Shown: positions 1 through 15,000 of the stretch, in pieces
Numbering within the stretch: the stretch's first letter is position 1
Layout: each line of letters begins with the position of its first letter
From: Isurus oxyrinchus
Lineage: Eukaryota
Length of the DNA: 64,000 bases
NCBI GenBank assembly: GCA_026770705.1
Contig: JANJGN010000049.1
Coordinates: 2,418,001-2,482,000, forward strand
Direction: 5' to 3'
Notes under the pieces: model-generated
Databases searched by the model: none
What the model was told of the DNA's origin: nothing
The model's input: the letters and a program-made list of their open reading frames with translations, nothing else
Translations under genes and position numbers: made by a program

Positions 1-3000
1 AACGGAGACAGTGTGTATTACAGTGAATACTGAAACGGGTTATGGGTTATTATAAACGGAGACAGTGTGTATTACAGTGAATACTGAAACAGGTTATGGG
101 TTATTATAAACTGAGGCAGTGTGTAATACAGTGAATACTGAAACAGGTTATGGGTTATTATAAACTGAGACAGTGTGCATTACAATGAATACTGAAGCAG
201 GTTATGGGTTATTATAAACGGAGACAGTGTGTATTACATTGAACACTGAAACAGGTTATGGGTTATTATAAACGGAGACAGTGTGTATTACAGTGAATAC
301 TGAAACAGGTTATGGGTTATTATAAACTGAGGCAGTGTGTAATACAGTGAATACTGAAACAGGTTATGGGTTATTATAAAATGAGACAGTGTGCATTACA
401 ATGAATACTGAAGCAGGTTATGGGTTATTATAAACTGAGACAGTGTGTATTACAGTGAATACTGAAACACGTTATTGGTTAATATAAACTGAGACAGCGT
501 GTATTACAGTGAATACTGAAACAGGTTATGGGTTAATATAAACTGAGACAGTGTGTATTACAGTGAATACTGAAACAGTCTATGGGTTATTATAAACTGA
601 GACAGTGTGTATTACAGTGAATACTGAAACAGGTTATGTGTTATTATAAACTGAGACAGTGTGTATTACAGTGAATACTGAAACAAGTTATGGGTATTAT
701 GAACTGAGACAGTGTGTATTACAGTGAATACTGAAACAGTTTATGGGTTATTATAAACGGAGACAATGTGTATTACAGTTAATACCGAAACATGTTATGG
801 ATTATTATAAACTGACACAGTGTGTATTACAGTGAATACTGAAACAGGTTATGGGTTAATATAAACTGAGACAGAGTGTAGGACAGTGAATACTGAAACA
901 GGTTATGGGTTATTATAAACTGAGACAGTCTGTATTACAGTGAATACTGAAACAGGTTATGGGTTCTTATAAACTGAGACAGTGTGTATTACAGTGAATA
1001 CTGAAACAGGTTATGGATTATTATAAACTGAGACAGTGTGTATTACAGTGAATACTAAAACAGGTTATGGATTATTAAGAACTGAGACAGTGTGTATTAC
1101 AGTGAATACTGAAACAGGTTATTGATTATTATAAACTGAGACAGTGTGTAATACAGTGAATACTGAAACACGTTATGGATTATTATAAACTGAGACAGTG
1201 TGTATTACAGTGAATACTGAAGCATTTATGGATTGTTATAAACTGAGACTGTGTGTATTACAGTGAATACTGAAACAGGTTATGGGTTATTATAAACTGA
1301 GACAGTGTGGAGTAGAGTGAATACTGAAACAGGTTATGGATTATTATAAAGTGAGACAGTGGGTATTACAGTGAATACTGAAACAGGTTATGGGTTATTA
1401 TAAACAGAGACAGTGTGTATTACAGTGAATACTGAAACAGGTTAAGCGTTATTGTAAACGGAGACAGTGTGTATTACAGTGAATATTGAAACAAGTTATG
1501 AGTTATTATAAACTGAGACAGTGTGTATTACAGTGAATATTGAAACAAGTTATGAGTTATTATAAACTGAGACAGTGCGTATTACAGTGAATACGGAAAC
1601 AGGTTATGGGTTATTATAAACTGAGACAGTGTGTATTACAGTGAATACTGAAACAGATTATGGATTATTATAAACTTAGACAGTGTGCATTACAGTGAAT
1701 ACTGAAACAGGTTATGGTTTATTATAAACTGAGACAGTGTGCATTACAGTGAATACTGAAACAGGTTATGGATTATTATGAAGTGAGACAGTGGGTATTA
1801 CAGTGAATACTGAAACAGGTTATGGGTTATTATAAACGGAGACAGTGTGTATTACAGTGAATACTGAAACAGGTTATGGGTTATTATAAACTGTGACAGT
1901 GTGTATTACAGTGAATACTGAAGCAGGTTATGGGTTATTATAAACGGAGACAGTGTGTATTACAGTGAATACTGAAACGGGTTATGGGTTATTATAAACG
2001 GAGACAGTGTGTATTACAGTGAATACTGAAACAGGTTATGGGTTATTATAAACTGAGGCAGTGTGTAATACAGTGAATACTGAAACAGGTTATGGGTTAT
2101 TATAAACTGAGACAGTGTGCATTACAATGAATACTGAAGCAGGTTATGGGTTATTATTAACTGAGACAGTGTGTATTACAGTGAATACTGAAACACGTTA
2201 TGGGTTAATATAAACTGAGACAGCGTGTATTACAGTGAATACTGAAACAGGTTATGGGTAATATAAACTGAGACAGTGTGTATTACAGTGAATACTGAAA
2301 CAGGTTATGTGTTATTATAAACTGAGACAGTGTGTATTACAGTGAATACTGAAACAAGTTATGGGTATTATGAACTGAGACAGTGTGTATTACAGTGAAT
2401 ACTGAAACAGTTTATGGGTTATCATAAACGGAGACAATGTGTATTACAGTGAATACTGAAACAGGTTATGGATTATTATAAAATGAGACAGTGTGTATTA
2501 CAGTTAATACTGAAACATTTTATGGATTATTATAAACTGAGACAGTGTGTATTACAGTGAATACTGAAACAGGTTATGGGTTAATATAAACTGAGACAGA
2601 GTGTATGACAGTGAATACTGAAACAGGTTATGGGTTATTATAAACTGACACAGTCTGTATTACAGTGAATACTGAAACAGGTTATGGGTTCTTTTAAACT
2701 GAGACAGTGTGTATTACAGTGAATACTGAAACAGGTTATGGATTATTATAAACTGAGACAGTGTGTATTACAGTGAATACTAAAACAGGTTATGGATTAT
2801 TATGAACTGAGACAGTGTGTATTACAGTGAATAGTGAAACAGGTTATGGGTTATTATAAACTGAGACAGTGTGCATTACAATGAATACTGAAGCAGGTTA
2901 TGGGTTATTATAAACTGAGACAGTGTGTATTACAGTGAATACTGAAACACGTTATGGGTTAATATAAACTGAGACAGCGTGTATTACAGTGAATACTGAA

Positions 3001-6000
3001 ATAGGTTATGGGTTAATATAAACTGAGACAGTGTGTATTACAGTGAATACTGAAACAGTCTATGGGTTATTATAAACTGAGACAGTGTGTATTACAGTGA
3101 ATACTGAAACAAGTCATGGGTATTATAAACTGAGACAGTGTGTATTACAGTGAATGCTGAAACAGTTTATGGGTTATTATAAACGGAGACACTGTGTATT
3201 ACAGTGAATACTGAAACAGGTTATGGATTATTATAAAATGAGACATTGTGTATTACAGTTAATACTGAAACAGGTTATGGATTATTATAAACTGAGACAG
3301 TGTGTATTACAGTGAATACTGAAACAGGTAATGCGTTAATATAAACTGAGACAGAGTGTATTACAGTGAATACTGAAACAGGTTATGGGTTATTATAAAC
3401 TGAGACATTCTGTATTACAGAGAATACTGAAACAGGTTATGGGTTCTTATAAACTGAGACAGTGTGTATTACAGTGAATACTGAAACAGGTTATGGATTA
3501 TTATAAACTGAGACAGTGTGTATTACAGTGAATACTAAAACAGGTTATGGATTATTATAAACTGAGACAGTGTGTATTACAGTGAATACTGAAACAGGTT
3601 ATAAATTATTATAAACTGAGACAGTGTGTATTAAAGTGAATACTGAAACAGGTTATGGGTTATTATAAACTGCGACAGTGTGCATTACAGTGAATACTGA
3701 AACAGGTTATGGATTATTATAAAGTGAGACAGTGGGTATTACAGTGAATACTGAAACAGGTTATGGGTTATTATAAACGGAAACAGTGTGTATTACAGTG
3801 AATACTGAAACAGGTTATGGGTTATTATAAACTGAGACAGTGTGTATTACAGTGAATACTGAAACAGGTTATGGGTTATTATAAACTGAGACAGTGTGTA
3901 TTACAGTGAAGACTGAAACAGGTGATGGGTTATTATAAACTGAGACAATGTGTATTACAGTGAATACTGAAACAGGTTATGGGTTATTATAAACTGAGAC
4001 AGTGTGTATTACAATGAATACTGAAACAGGTTATGGGTTATTATAAACTGAGACAGTGTGTATTAAGGTGAATACTGAAACACGTTATGGGTTAATATAA
4101 ACTGAGACAGCGTGTATTACAGTGAATACTGAAACAGTTATGGGTTAATATAAACTGAGACAGTGTGTATTACAGTGAATACTGAAACTGGTTATGGGTT
4201 ATTATAAACTGTGACAGTGTGTAGTACAGTGAATACTGAAACAGGTTATGGGTATTATAAACTGAGACAGTGTGTATTACAGTGAATACTGAAACAGTTT
4301 ATGGGTTATTATAAACTGAGACAGTGTGTATTACAGTGAATACTGAAACAGGTTATGGATAATTATAAAATGAGACAGTGTGTATTACAGTTAATACTGA
4401 AACAGGTTATGGATTATTATAAACTGAGACAGTGTGTATTACAGTGAATACTGAAACAAGTTATGGGTTATTATAAACTGAGACAGTGTGTATTACAGTG
4501 AATACTGAAACAGGTTATGGGTTATTATAAACTGAGACAGTGTGTATTACAATGAATACTGAAACAGGTTATGGGTTATTATAAACTGAGACAGTGTGTA
4601 TTACAGTGAATACTGAAACAGGTTATGGATTATTATAAACTGAGACAGTGTGTATTACAGTTAATACTGAAACAGGTTATGGATTAATATAAACTGAGAC
4701 AGTTTGTATTTCAGTGAATACTGAAACGGTTTATGTGTTATTATAAACTGAGACAGTGTGTATTACAGTGAATACTGAAACAGGTTATGTGTTAATATAA
4801 ACTGAGACAGTGTGCATTACAGTGAATACTGAAACAGGTTATGTTTTAATATAAACTGAGACAGTGTGCATTACAGTGAATACTGAAACAGGTTATGGGT
4901 TATTATAAACTGAGACAGTGTGTATTACAGTGAATATTGAAACACGTTATGGGTTATTATAAACTGACACAGTGTGTATTACAGTGAATACTGAAACAGG
5001 TTATGGGTTATTATAAACTGAGACAGTGTGTATTACAGTGAATACTGAAACAGCTTATGGGTTATTATAAACTGAGACAGTGTGTATTACAATGAATACT
5101 GAAACAGGTTATGGGTTATTATAAACTGAGACAGTGTGTATTACAGTGATTACTGAAACAGGTTATGGGTTAATATAAACTGAGACAGTGTGTATTACAG
5201 TGAATACTGAAACACGTTATGGGTTAATATAAACTGAGACAGCGTGTATTACAGTGAATACTGAAACAGGTTATGGGTAAAATAAACTGAGACAGTGTGT
5301 ATTACAGTGAATACTGAAACAGGTTATGTGTTATTATAAACTGAGACAGTGTGTATTACAGTGAATACTGAAACAGTTTATGGGTTATTATAAACGGAGA
5401 CAATGTGTATTACAGTGAATACTGAAACAGGTTATGGATTATTATAAAATGAGACAGTGTGTATTACAGTTAATACTGAAACATTTTATGGATTATTATA
5501 AACTGAGACAGTGTGTATTACAGTGAATACTGAAACAGGTTATGGGTTAATATAAACTGAGACAGAGTGTATGACAGTGAATACTGAAACAGGTTATGGG
5601 TTATTATAAACTGACACAGTCTGTATTACAGTGAATACTGAAACAGGTTATGGGTTCTTTTAAACTGAGACAGTGTGTATTACAGTGAATACTGAAAAAG
5701 GTTATGGATTATTATAAACTGAGACAGTGTGTATTACAGTGAATACTAAAACAGGTTATGGATTATTATGAACTGAGACAGTGTGTATTACAGTGAATAG
5801 TGAAACAGGTTATGGGTTATTATAAACTGAGACAGTGTGCATTACAATGAATACTGAAGCAGGTTATGGGTTATTATAAACTGAGACAGTGTGTATTACA
5901 GTGAATACTGAAACACGTTATGGGTTAATATAAACTGAGACAGCGTGTATTACAGTGAATACTGAAATAGGTTATGGGTTAATATAAACTGAGACAGTGT

Positions 6001-9000
6001 GTATTGCAGTGAATACTGAAACAGTCTATGGGTTATTATAAACTGAGACAGTGTGTATTACAGTGAATACTGAAACAGGTTATGTGTTATTATAAACAGA
6101 GACAGTGTGTATTACAGTGAATACTGAAACAAGACATGGGTATTATAAACTGAGACAGTGTGTATTACAGTGAATGCTGAAACAGTTTATGGGTTATTAT
6201 AAACGGAGACACTGTGTATTACAGTGAATACTGAAACAGGTTATGGATTATAATAAAATGAGACATTGTGTATTACAGTTAATACTGAAACAGGTTATGG
6301 ATTATTATAAACTGAGACAGTGTGTATTACAGTGAATACTGAAACAGGTAATGCGTTAATATAAACTGAGACAGAGTGTATTACAGTGAATACTGAAACA
6401 GGTTATGGGTTATTATAAACTGAGACATTCTGTATTACAGTGAATACTGAAACAGGTTATGGGTTCTTATAAACTGAGACAGTGTGTATTACAGTGAATA
6501 CTGAAACAGGTTATGGATTATTATAAACTGAGACAGTGTGTATTACAGTGAATACTAAAACAGGTTATGGATTATTATAAACTGAGACAGTGTGTATTAC
6601 AGTGAATACTGAAACAGGTTATACATTATTATAAACTGAGACAGTGTGTATTAAAGTGAATACTGAAACAGGTTATGGGTTATTATAAACTGCGACAGTG
6701 TGCATTACAGTGAATACTGAAACAGGTTATGGATTATTATAAAGTGAGACAGTGGTTATTACAGTGAATACTGAAACAGGTTATGGGTTATTATAAACGG
6801 AAACAGTGTGTATTACAGTGAATACTGAAACAGGTTATGCGTTATTATAAACTGAGACAGTGTGTATTACAGTGAATACTGAAACAGGTTATGGGTTATT
6901 ATAAACTGAGACAGTGTGTATTACAGTGAAGACTGAAACAGGTTATGGGTTATTATAAACTGAGACAATGTGTATTACAGTGAATACTGAAACAGGTTAT
7001 GGGTTATTATAAACTGAGACAGTGTGTATTACAGTGAATACTGAAACACGTTATGGGTTAATATAAACTGAGACAGCGTGTATTACAGTGAATACTGAAA
7101 TAGGTTATGGGTTAATATAAACTGAGACAGTGTGTATTACAGTGAATACTGAAACAGTCTATGGGTTATTATAAACTGAGACAGTGTGTATTACAGTGAA
7201 TACTGAAACAAGTCATGGGTATTATAAACTGAGACAGTGTGTATTACAGTGAATGCTGAAACAGTTTATGGGTTATTATAAACGGAGACACTGTGTATTA
7301 CAGTGAATACTGAAACAGGTTATGGATTATTATAAAATGAGACATTGTGTATTACAGTTAATACTGAAACAGGTTATGGATTATTATAAACTGAGACAGT
7401 GTGTATTACAGTGAATACTGAAACAGGTAATGCGTTAATATAAACTGAGACAGAGTGTATTACAGTGAATACTGAAACAGGTTATGGGTTATTATAAACT
7501 GAGACATTCTGTATTACAGAGAATACTGAAACAGGTTATGGGTTCTTATAAACTGAGACAGTGTGTATTACAGTGAATACTGAAACAGGTTATGGATTAT
7601 TATAAACTGAGACAGTGTGTATTACAGTGAATACTAAAACAGGTTATGGATTATTATAAACTGAGACATTGTGTATTACAGTGAATACTGAAACAGGTTA
7701 TAAATTATTATAAACTGAGACAGTGTGTATTAAAGTGAATACTGAAACAGGTTATGGGTTATTATAAACTGCGACAGTGTGCATTACAGTGAATACTGAA
7801 ACAGGTTATGGATTATTATAAAGTGAGACAGTGGGTATTACAGTGAATACTGAAACAGGTTATGGGTTATTATAAACGGAAACAGTGTGTATTACAGTGA
7901 ATACTGAAACAGGTTATGGGTTATTATAAACTGAGACAGTGTGTATTACAGTGAATACTGAAACAGGTTATGGGTTATTATAAACTGAGACAGTGTGTAT
8001 TACAGTGAAGACTGAAACAGGTGATGGGTTATTATAAACTGAGACAATGTGTATTACAGTGAATACTGAAACAGGTTATGGGTTATTATAAACTGAGACA
8101 GTGTGTATTACAATGAATACTGAAACAGGTTATGGGTTATTATAAACTGAGACAGTGTGTGTTAAGGTGAATACTGAAACACGTTATGGGTTAATATAAA
8201 CTGAGACAGCGTGTATTACAGTGAATACTGAAACAGTTATGGGTTAATATAAACTGAGACAGTGTGTATTACAGTGAATACTGAAACTGGTTATGGGTTA
8301 TTATAAACTGTGACAGTGTGTAGTACAGTGAATACTGAAACAGGTTATGGGTATTATAAACTGAGACAGTGTGTATTACAGTGAATACTGAAACAGTTTA
8401 TGGGTTATTATAAACTGAGACAGTGTGTATTACAGTGAATACTGAAACAGGTTATGGATAATTATAAAATGAGACAGTGTGTATTACAGTTAATACTGAA
8501 ACAGGTTATGGATTATTATAAACTGAGACAGTGTGTATTACAGTGAATACTGAAACAAGTTATGGGTTATTATAAACTGAGACAGTGTGTATTACAGTGA
8601 ATACTGAAACAGGTTATGGGTTATTATAAACTGAGACAGTGTGTATTACAATGAATACTGAAACAGGCTATGGGTTATTATAAACTGAGACAGTGTGTAT
8701 TACAGTGAATACTGAAACAGGTTATGGATTATTATAAACTGAGACAGTGTGTATTACAGTTAATACTGAAACAGGTTATGGATTAATATAAACTGAGACA
8801 GTTTGTATTTCAGTGAATACTGAAACGGTTTATGTGTTATTATAAACTGAGACAGTGTGTATTACAGTGAATACTGAAACAGGTTATGTGTTAATATAAA
8901 CTGAGACAGTGTGCATTACAGTGAATACTGAAACAGGTTATGTTTTAATATAAACTGAGACAGTGTGCATTACAGTGAATACTGAAACAGGTTATGGGTT

Positions 9001-12000
9001 ATTATAAACTGAGACAGTGTGTATTACAGTGAATATTGAAACACGTTATGGGTTATTATAAACTGACACAGTGTGTATTACAGTGAATACTGAAACAGGT
9101 TATGGGTTATTATAAACTGAGACAGTGTGTATTACAGTGAATACTGAAACAGCTTATGGGTTATTATAAACTGAGACAGTGTGTATTACAATGAATACTG
9201 AAACAGGTTATGGGTTATTATAAACTGAGACAGTGTGTATTACAGTGATTACTGAAACAGGTTATGGGTTAATATAAACTGAGACAGTGTGTATTACAGT
9301 GAATACTGAAACACGTTATGGGTTAATATAAACTGAGACAGCGTGTATTACAGTGAATACTGAAACAGGTTATGGGTAAAATAAACTGAGACAGTGTGTA
9401 TTACAGTGAATACTGAAACAGGTTATGTGTTATTATAAACTGAGACAGTGTGTATTACAGTGAATACTGAAACAGTTTATGGGTTATTATAAACGGAGAC
9501 AATGTGTATTACAGTGAATACTGAAACAGGTTATGGATTATTATAAAATGAGACAGTGTGTATTACAGTTAATACTGAAACATTTTATGGATTATTATAA
9601 ACTGAGACAGTGTGTATTACAGTGAATACTGAAACAGGTTATGGGTTAATATAAACTGAGACAGAGTGTATGACAGTGAATACTGAAACAGGTTATGGGT
9701 TATTATAAACTGACACAGTCTGTATTACAGTGAATACTGAAACAGGTTATGGGTTCTTTTAAACTGAGACAGTGTGTATTACAGTGAATACTGAAAAAGG
9801 TTATGGATTATTATAAACTGAGACAGTGTGTATTACAGTGAATACTAAAACAGGTTATGGATTATTATGAACTGAGACAGTGTGTATTACAGTGAATAGT
9901 GAAACAGGTTATGGGTTATTATAAACTGAGACAGTGTGCATTACAATGAATACTGAAGCAGGTTATGGGTTATTATAAACTGAGACAGTGTGTATTACAG
10001 TGAATACTGAAACACGTTATGGGTTAATATAAACTGAGACAGCGTGTATTACAGTGAATACTGAAATAGGTTATGGGTTAATATAAACTGAGACAGTGTG
10101 TATTGCAGTGAATACTGAAACAGTCTATGGGTTATTATAAACTGAGACAGTGTGTATTACAGTGAATACTGAAACAGGTTATGTGTTATTATAAACAGAG
10201 ACAGTGTGTATTACAGTGAATACTGAAACAAGTCATGGGTATTATAAACTGAGACAGTGTGTATTACAGTGAATGCTGAAACAGTTTATGGGTTATTATA
10301 AACGGAGACACTGTGTATTACAGTGAATACTGAAACAGGTTATGGATTATTATAAAATGAGACATTGTGTATTACAGTTAATACTGAAACAGGTTATGGA
10401 TTATTATAAACTGAGACAGTGTGTATTACAGTGAATACTGAAACAGGTAATGCGTTAATATAAACTGAGACAGAGTGTATTACAGTGAATACTGAAACAG
10501 GTTATGGGTTATTATAAACTGAGACATTCTGTATTACAGTGAATACTGAAACAGGTTATGGGTTCTTATAAACTGAGACAGTGTGTATTACAGTGAATAC
10601 TGAAACAGGTTATGGATTATTATAAACTGAGACAGTGTGTATTACAGTGAATACTAAAACAGGTTATGGATTATTATAAACTGAGACAGTGTGTATTACA
10701 GTGAATACTGAAACAGGTTATACATTATTATAAACTGAGACAGTGTGTATTAAAGTGAATACTGAAACAGGTTATGGGTTATTATAAACTGCGACAGTGT
10801 GCATTACAGTGAATACTGAAACAGGTTATGGATTATTATAAAGTGAGACAGTGGTTATTACAGTGAATACTGAAACAGGTTATGGGTTATTATAAACGGA
10901 AACAGTGTGTATTACAGTGAATACTGAAACAGGTTATGCGTTATTATAAACTGAGACAGTGTGTATTACAGTGAATACTGAAACAGGTTATGGGTTATTA
11001 TAAACTGAGACAGTGTGTATTACAGTGAAGACTGAAACAGGTTATGGGTTATTATAAACTGAGACAATGTGTATTACAGTGAATACTGAAACAGGTTATG
11101 GGTTATTATAAACTGAGACAGTGTGTATTACAATGAATACTGAAACAGGTTATGGGTTATTATAAACTGAGACAGTGTGTATTAAGGTGAATACTGAAAC
11201 ACGTTATGGGTTAATATAAACTGAGACAGCGTGTATTACAGTGAATACTGAAACAGGTTATGGGTTAATATAAACTGAGACAGTGTGTATTACAGTGAAT
11301 ACTGAAACAGGTTATGGGTTATTATAAACTGTGACAGTGTGTAGTACAGTGAATACTGAAACAGGTTATGGGTATTATAAACTGAGACAGTGTGTATTAC
11401 AGTTAATACTGAAACAGTTTATGGGTTATTATAAACTGAGACAGTGTGTATTACAGTGAATACTGAAACAGGTTATGGATAATTATAAAATGAGACAGTG
11501 TGTATTACAGTTAATACTGAAACAGGTTATGGATTATTATAAACTGAGACAGTGTGTATTACAGTGAATACTGAAACAAGTTATGGGTTATTATAAACTG
11601 AGACAGTGTGTATTACAGTGAATACTGAAACAGGTTATGGGTTATTATAAACTGAGACAGTGTGTATTACAATGAATACTGAAACAGGTTATGGGTTATT
11701 ATAAACTGAGACAGTGTGTATTACAGTGAATACTGAAACAGGTTATGGATTAATATAAACTGAGACAGTTTGTATTACAGTGAATACTGAAACGGTTTAT
11801 GTGTTATTATAAACTGAGACAGTGTGTATTACAGTGAATACTGAAACAGGTTATGTGTTAATATAAACTGAGACAGTGTGCATTACAGTGAATACTGAAA
11901 CAGGTTATGTTTTAATATAAACTGAGACAGTGTGCATTACAGTGAATACTGAAACAGGTTATGGGTTATTATAAACTGAGACAGTGTGTATTACAGTGAA

Positions 12001-15000
12001 TACTGAAACAGGTTATGGGTTATTATAAACTGAGACAGTGTGTATTACAGTGAATACTGAAACAGGTTATGGGTTAATATAAACTGAGGCAGTGTGTATT
12101 ACAGTGAATACTGAAACAGGCTGTGGGTTATTATAAACTGAGACTGTGTGTATTACAGTGAATACTGAGACAGGTTATGCGTTATTATAAACTGAGACAG
12201 TGTGTAGTACAGTGAATACTGAAACAGGTTATGGGTTATTATAAACTGAGACATTCTGTATTACAGTGAATACTGAAACAGGTTATGGGTTCTTATAAAC
12301 TGAGACAGTGTGTATTACAGTGAATACTGAAACAGGTTATGGATTATTATAAACTGAGACAGTGTGTATTACAGTGAATACTAAAACAGGTTATGGATTA
12401 TTATAAACTGAGACAGTGTGTATTACAGTGAATACTGAAACAGGTTATACATTATTATAAACTGAGACAGTGTGTATTAAAGTGAATACTGAAACAGGTT
12501 ATGGGTTATTATAAACTGCGACAGTGTGCATTACAGTGAATACTGAAACAGGTTATGGATTATTATAAAGTGAGACAGTGGGTATTACAGTGAATACTGA
12601 AACAGGTTATGGGTTATTATAAACGGAAACAGTGTGTATTACAGTGAATACTGAAACAGGTTATGCGTTATTATAAACTGAGACAGTGTGTATTACAGTG
12701 AATACTGAAACAGGTTATGGGTTATTATAAACTGAGACAGTGTGTATTGCAGTGAAGACTGAAACAGGTTATGGGTTATTATAAACTGAGACAATGTGTA
12801 TTACAGTGAATACTGAAACAGGTTATGGGTTATTATAAACTGAGACAGTGTGTATTACAATGAATACTGAAACAGGTTATGGGTTATTATAAACTGAGAC
12901 AGTGTGTATTAAGGTGAATACTGAAACACGTTATGGGTTAATATAAACTGAGACAGCGTGTATTACAGTGAATACTGAAACAGGTTATGGGTTAATATAA
13001 ACTGAGACAGTGTGTATTACAGTGAATACTGAAACAGGTTATGGGTTATTATAAACTGTGACAGTGTGTAGTACAGTGAATACTGAAACAGGTTATGGGT
13101 ATTATAAACTGAGACAGTGTGTATTACAGTGAATACTGAAACAGTTTATGGGTTATTATAAACTGAGACAGTGTGTATTACAGTGAATACTGAAACAGGT
13201 TATGGATAATTATAAAATGAGACAGTGTGTATTACAGTTAATACTGAAACAGGTTATGGATTATTATAAACTGAGACAGTGTGTATTACAGTGAATACTG
13301 AAACAAGTTATGGGTTATTATAAACTGAGACAGTGTGTATTACAGTGAATACTGAAACAGGTTATGGGTTATTATAAACTGAGACAGTGTGTATTACAAT
13401 GAATACTGAAACAGGTTATGGGTTATTATAAACTGAGACAGTGTGTATTACAGTGAATACTGAAACAGGTTATGGATTAATATAAACTGAGACAGTTTGT
13501 ATTACAGTGAATACTGAAACGGTTTATGTGTTATTATAAACTGAGACAGTGTGTATTACAGTGAATACTGAAACAGGTTATGTGTTAATATAAACTGAGA
13601 CAGTGTGCATTACAGTGAATACTGAAACAGGTTATGTTTTAATATAAACTGAGACAGTGTGCATTACAGTGAATACTGAAACAGGTTATGGGTTATTATA
13701 AACTGAGACAGTGTGTATTACAGTGAATACTGAAACAGGTTATGGGTTATTATAAACTGAGACAGTGTGTATTACAGTGAATACTGAAACAGGTTATGGG
13801 TTAATATAAACTGAGGCAGTGTGTATTACAGTGAATACTGAAACAGGCTGTGGGTTATTATAAACTGAGACTGTGTGTATTACAGTGAATACTGAGACAG
13901 GTTATGCGTTATTATAAACTGAGACAGTGTGTAGTACAGTGAATACTGAAACAGGTTATGGGTTATTATAAACTGAGACATTCTGTATTACAGTGAATAC
14001 TGAAACAGGTTATGGGTTCTTATAAACTGAGACAGTGTGTATTACAGTGAATACTGAAACAGGTTATGGATTATTATAAACTGAGACAGTGTGTATTACA
14101 GTGAATACTAAAACAGGTTATGGATTATTATAAACTGAGACAGTGTGTATTACAGTGAATACTGAAACAGGTTATACATTATTATAAACTGAGACAGTGT
14201 GTATTAAAGTGAATACTGAAACAGGTTATGGGTTATTATAAACTGCGACAGTGTGCATTACAGTGAATACTGAAACAGGTTATGGATTATTATAAAGTGA
14301 GACAGTGGGTATTACAGTGAATACTGAAACAGGTTATGGGTTATTATAAACGGAAACAGTGTGTATTACAGTGAATACTGAAACAGGTTATGCGTTATTA
14401 TAAACTGAGACAGTGTGTATTACAGTGAATACTGAAACAGGTTATGGGTTATTATAAACTGAGACAGTGTGTATTGCAGTGAAGACTGAAACAGGTTATG
14501 GGTTATTATAAACTGAGACAATGTGTATTACAGTGAATACTGAAACAGGTTATGGGTTATTATAAACTGAGACAGTGTGTATTACAATGAATACTGAAAC
14601 AGGTTATGGGTTATTATAAACTGAGACAGTGTGTATTAAGGTGAATACTGAAACACGTTATGGGTTAATATAAACTGAGACAGCGTGTATTACAGTGAAT
14701 ACTGAAACAGGTTATGGGTTAATATAAACTGAGACAGTGTGTATTACAGTGAATACTGAAACAGGTTATGGGTTATTATAAACTGTGACAGTGTGTAGTA
14801 CAGTGAATACTGAAACAGGTTATGGGTATTATAAACTGAGACAGTGTGTATTACAGTGAATACTGAAACAGTTTATGGGTTATTATAAACTGAGACAGTG
14901 TGTATTACAGTGAATACTGAAACAGGTTATGGATAATTATAAAATGAGACAGTGTGTATTACAGTTAATACTGAAACAGGTTATGGATTATTATAAACTG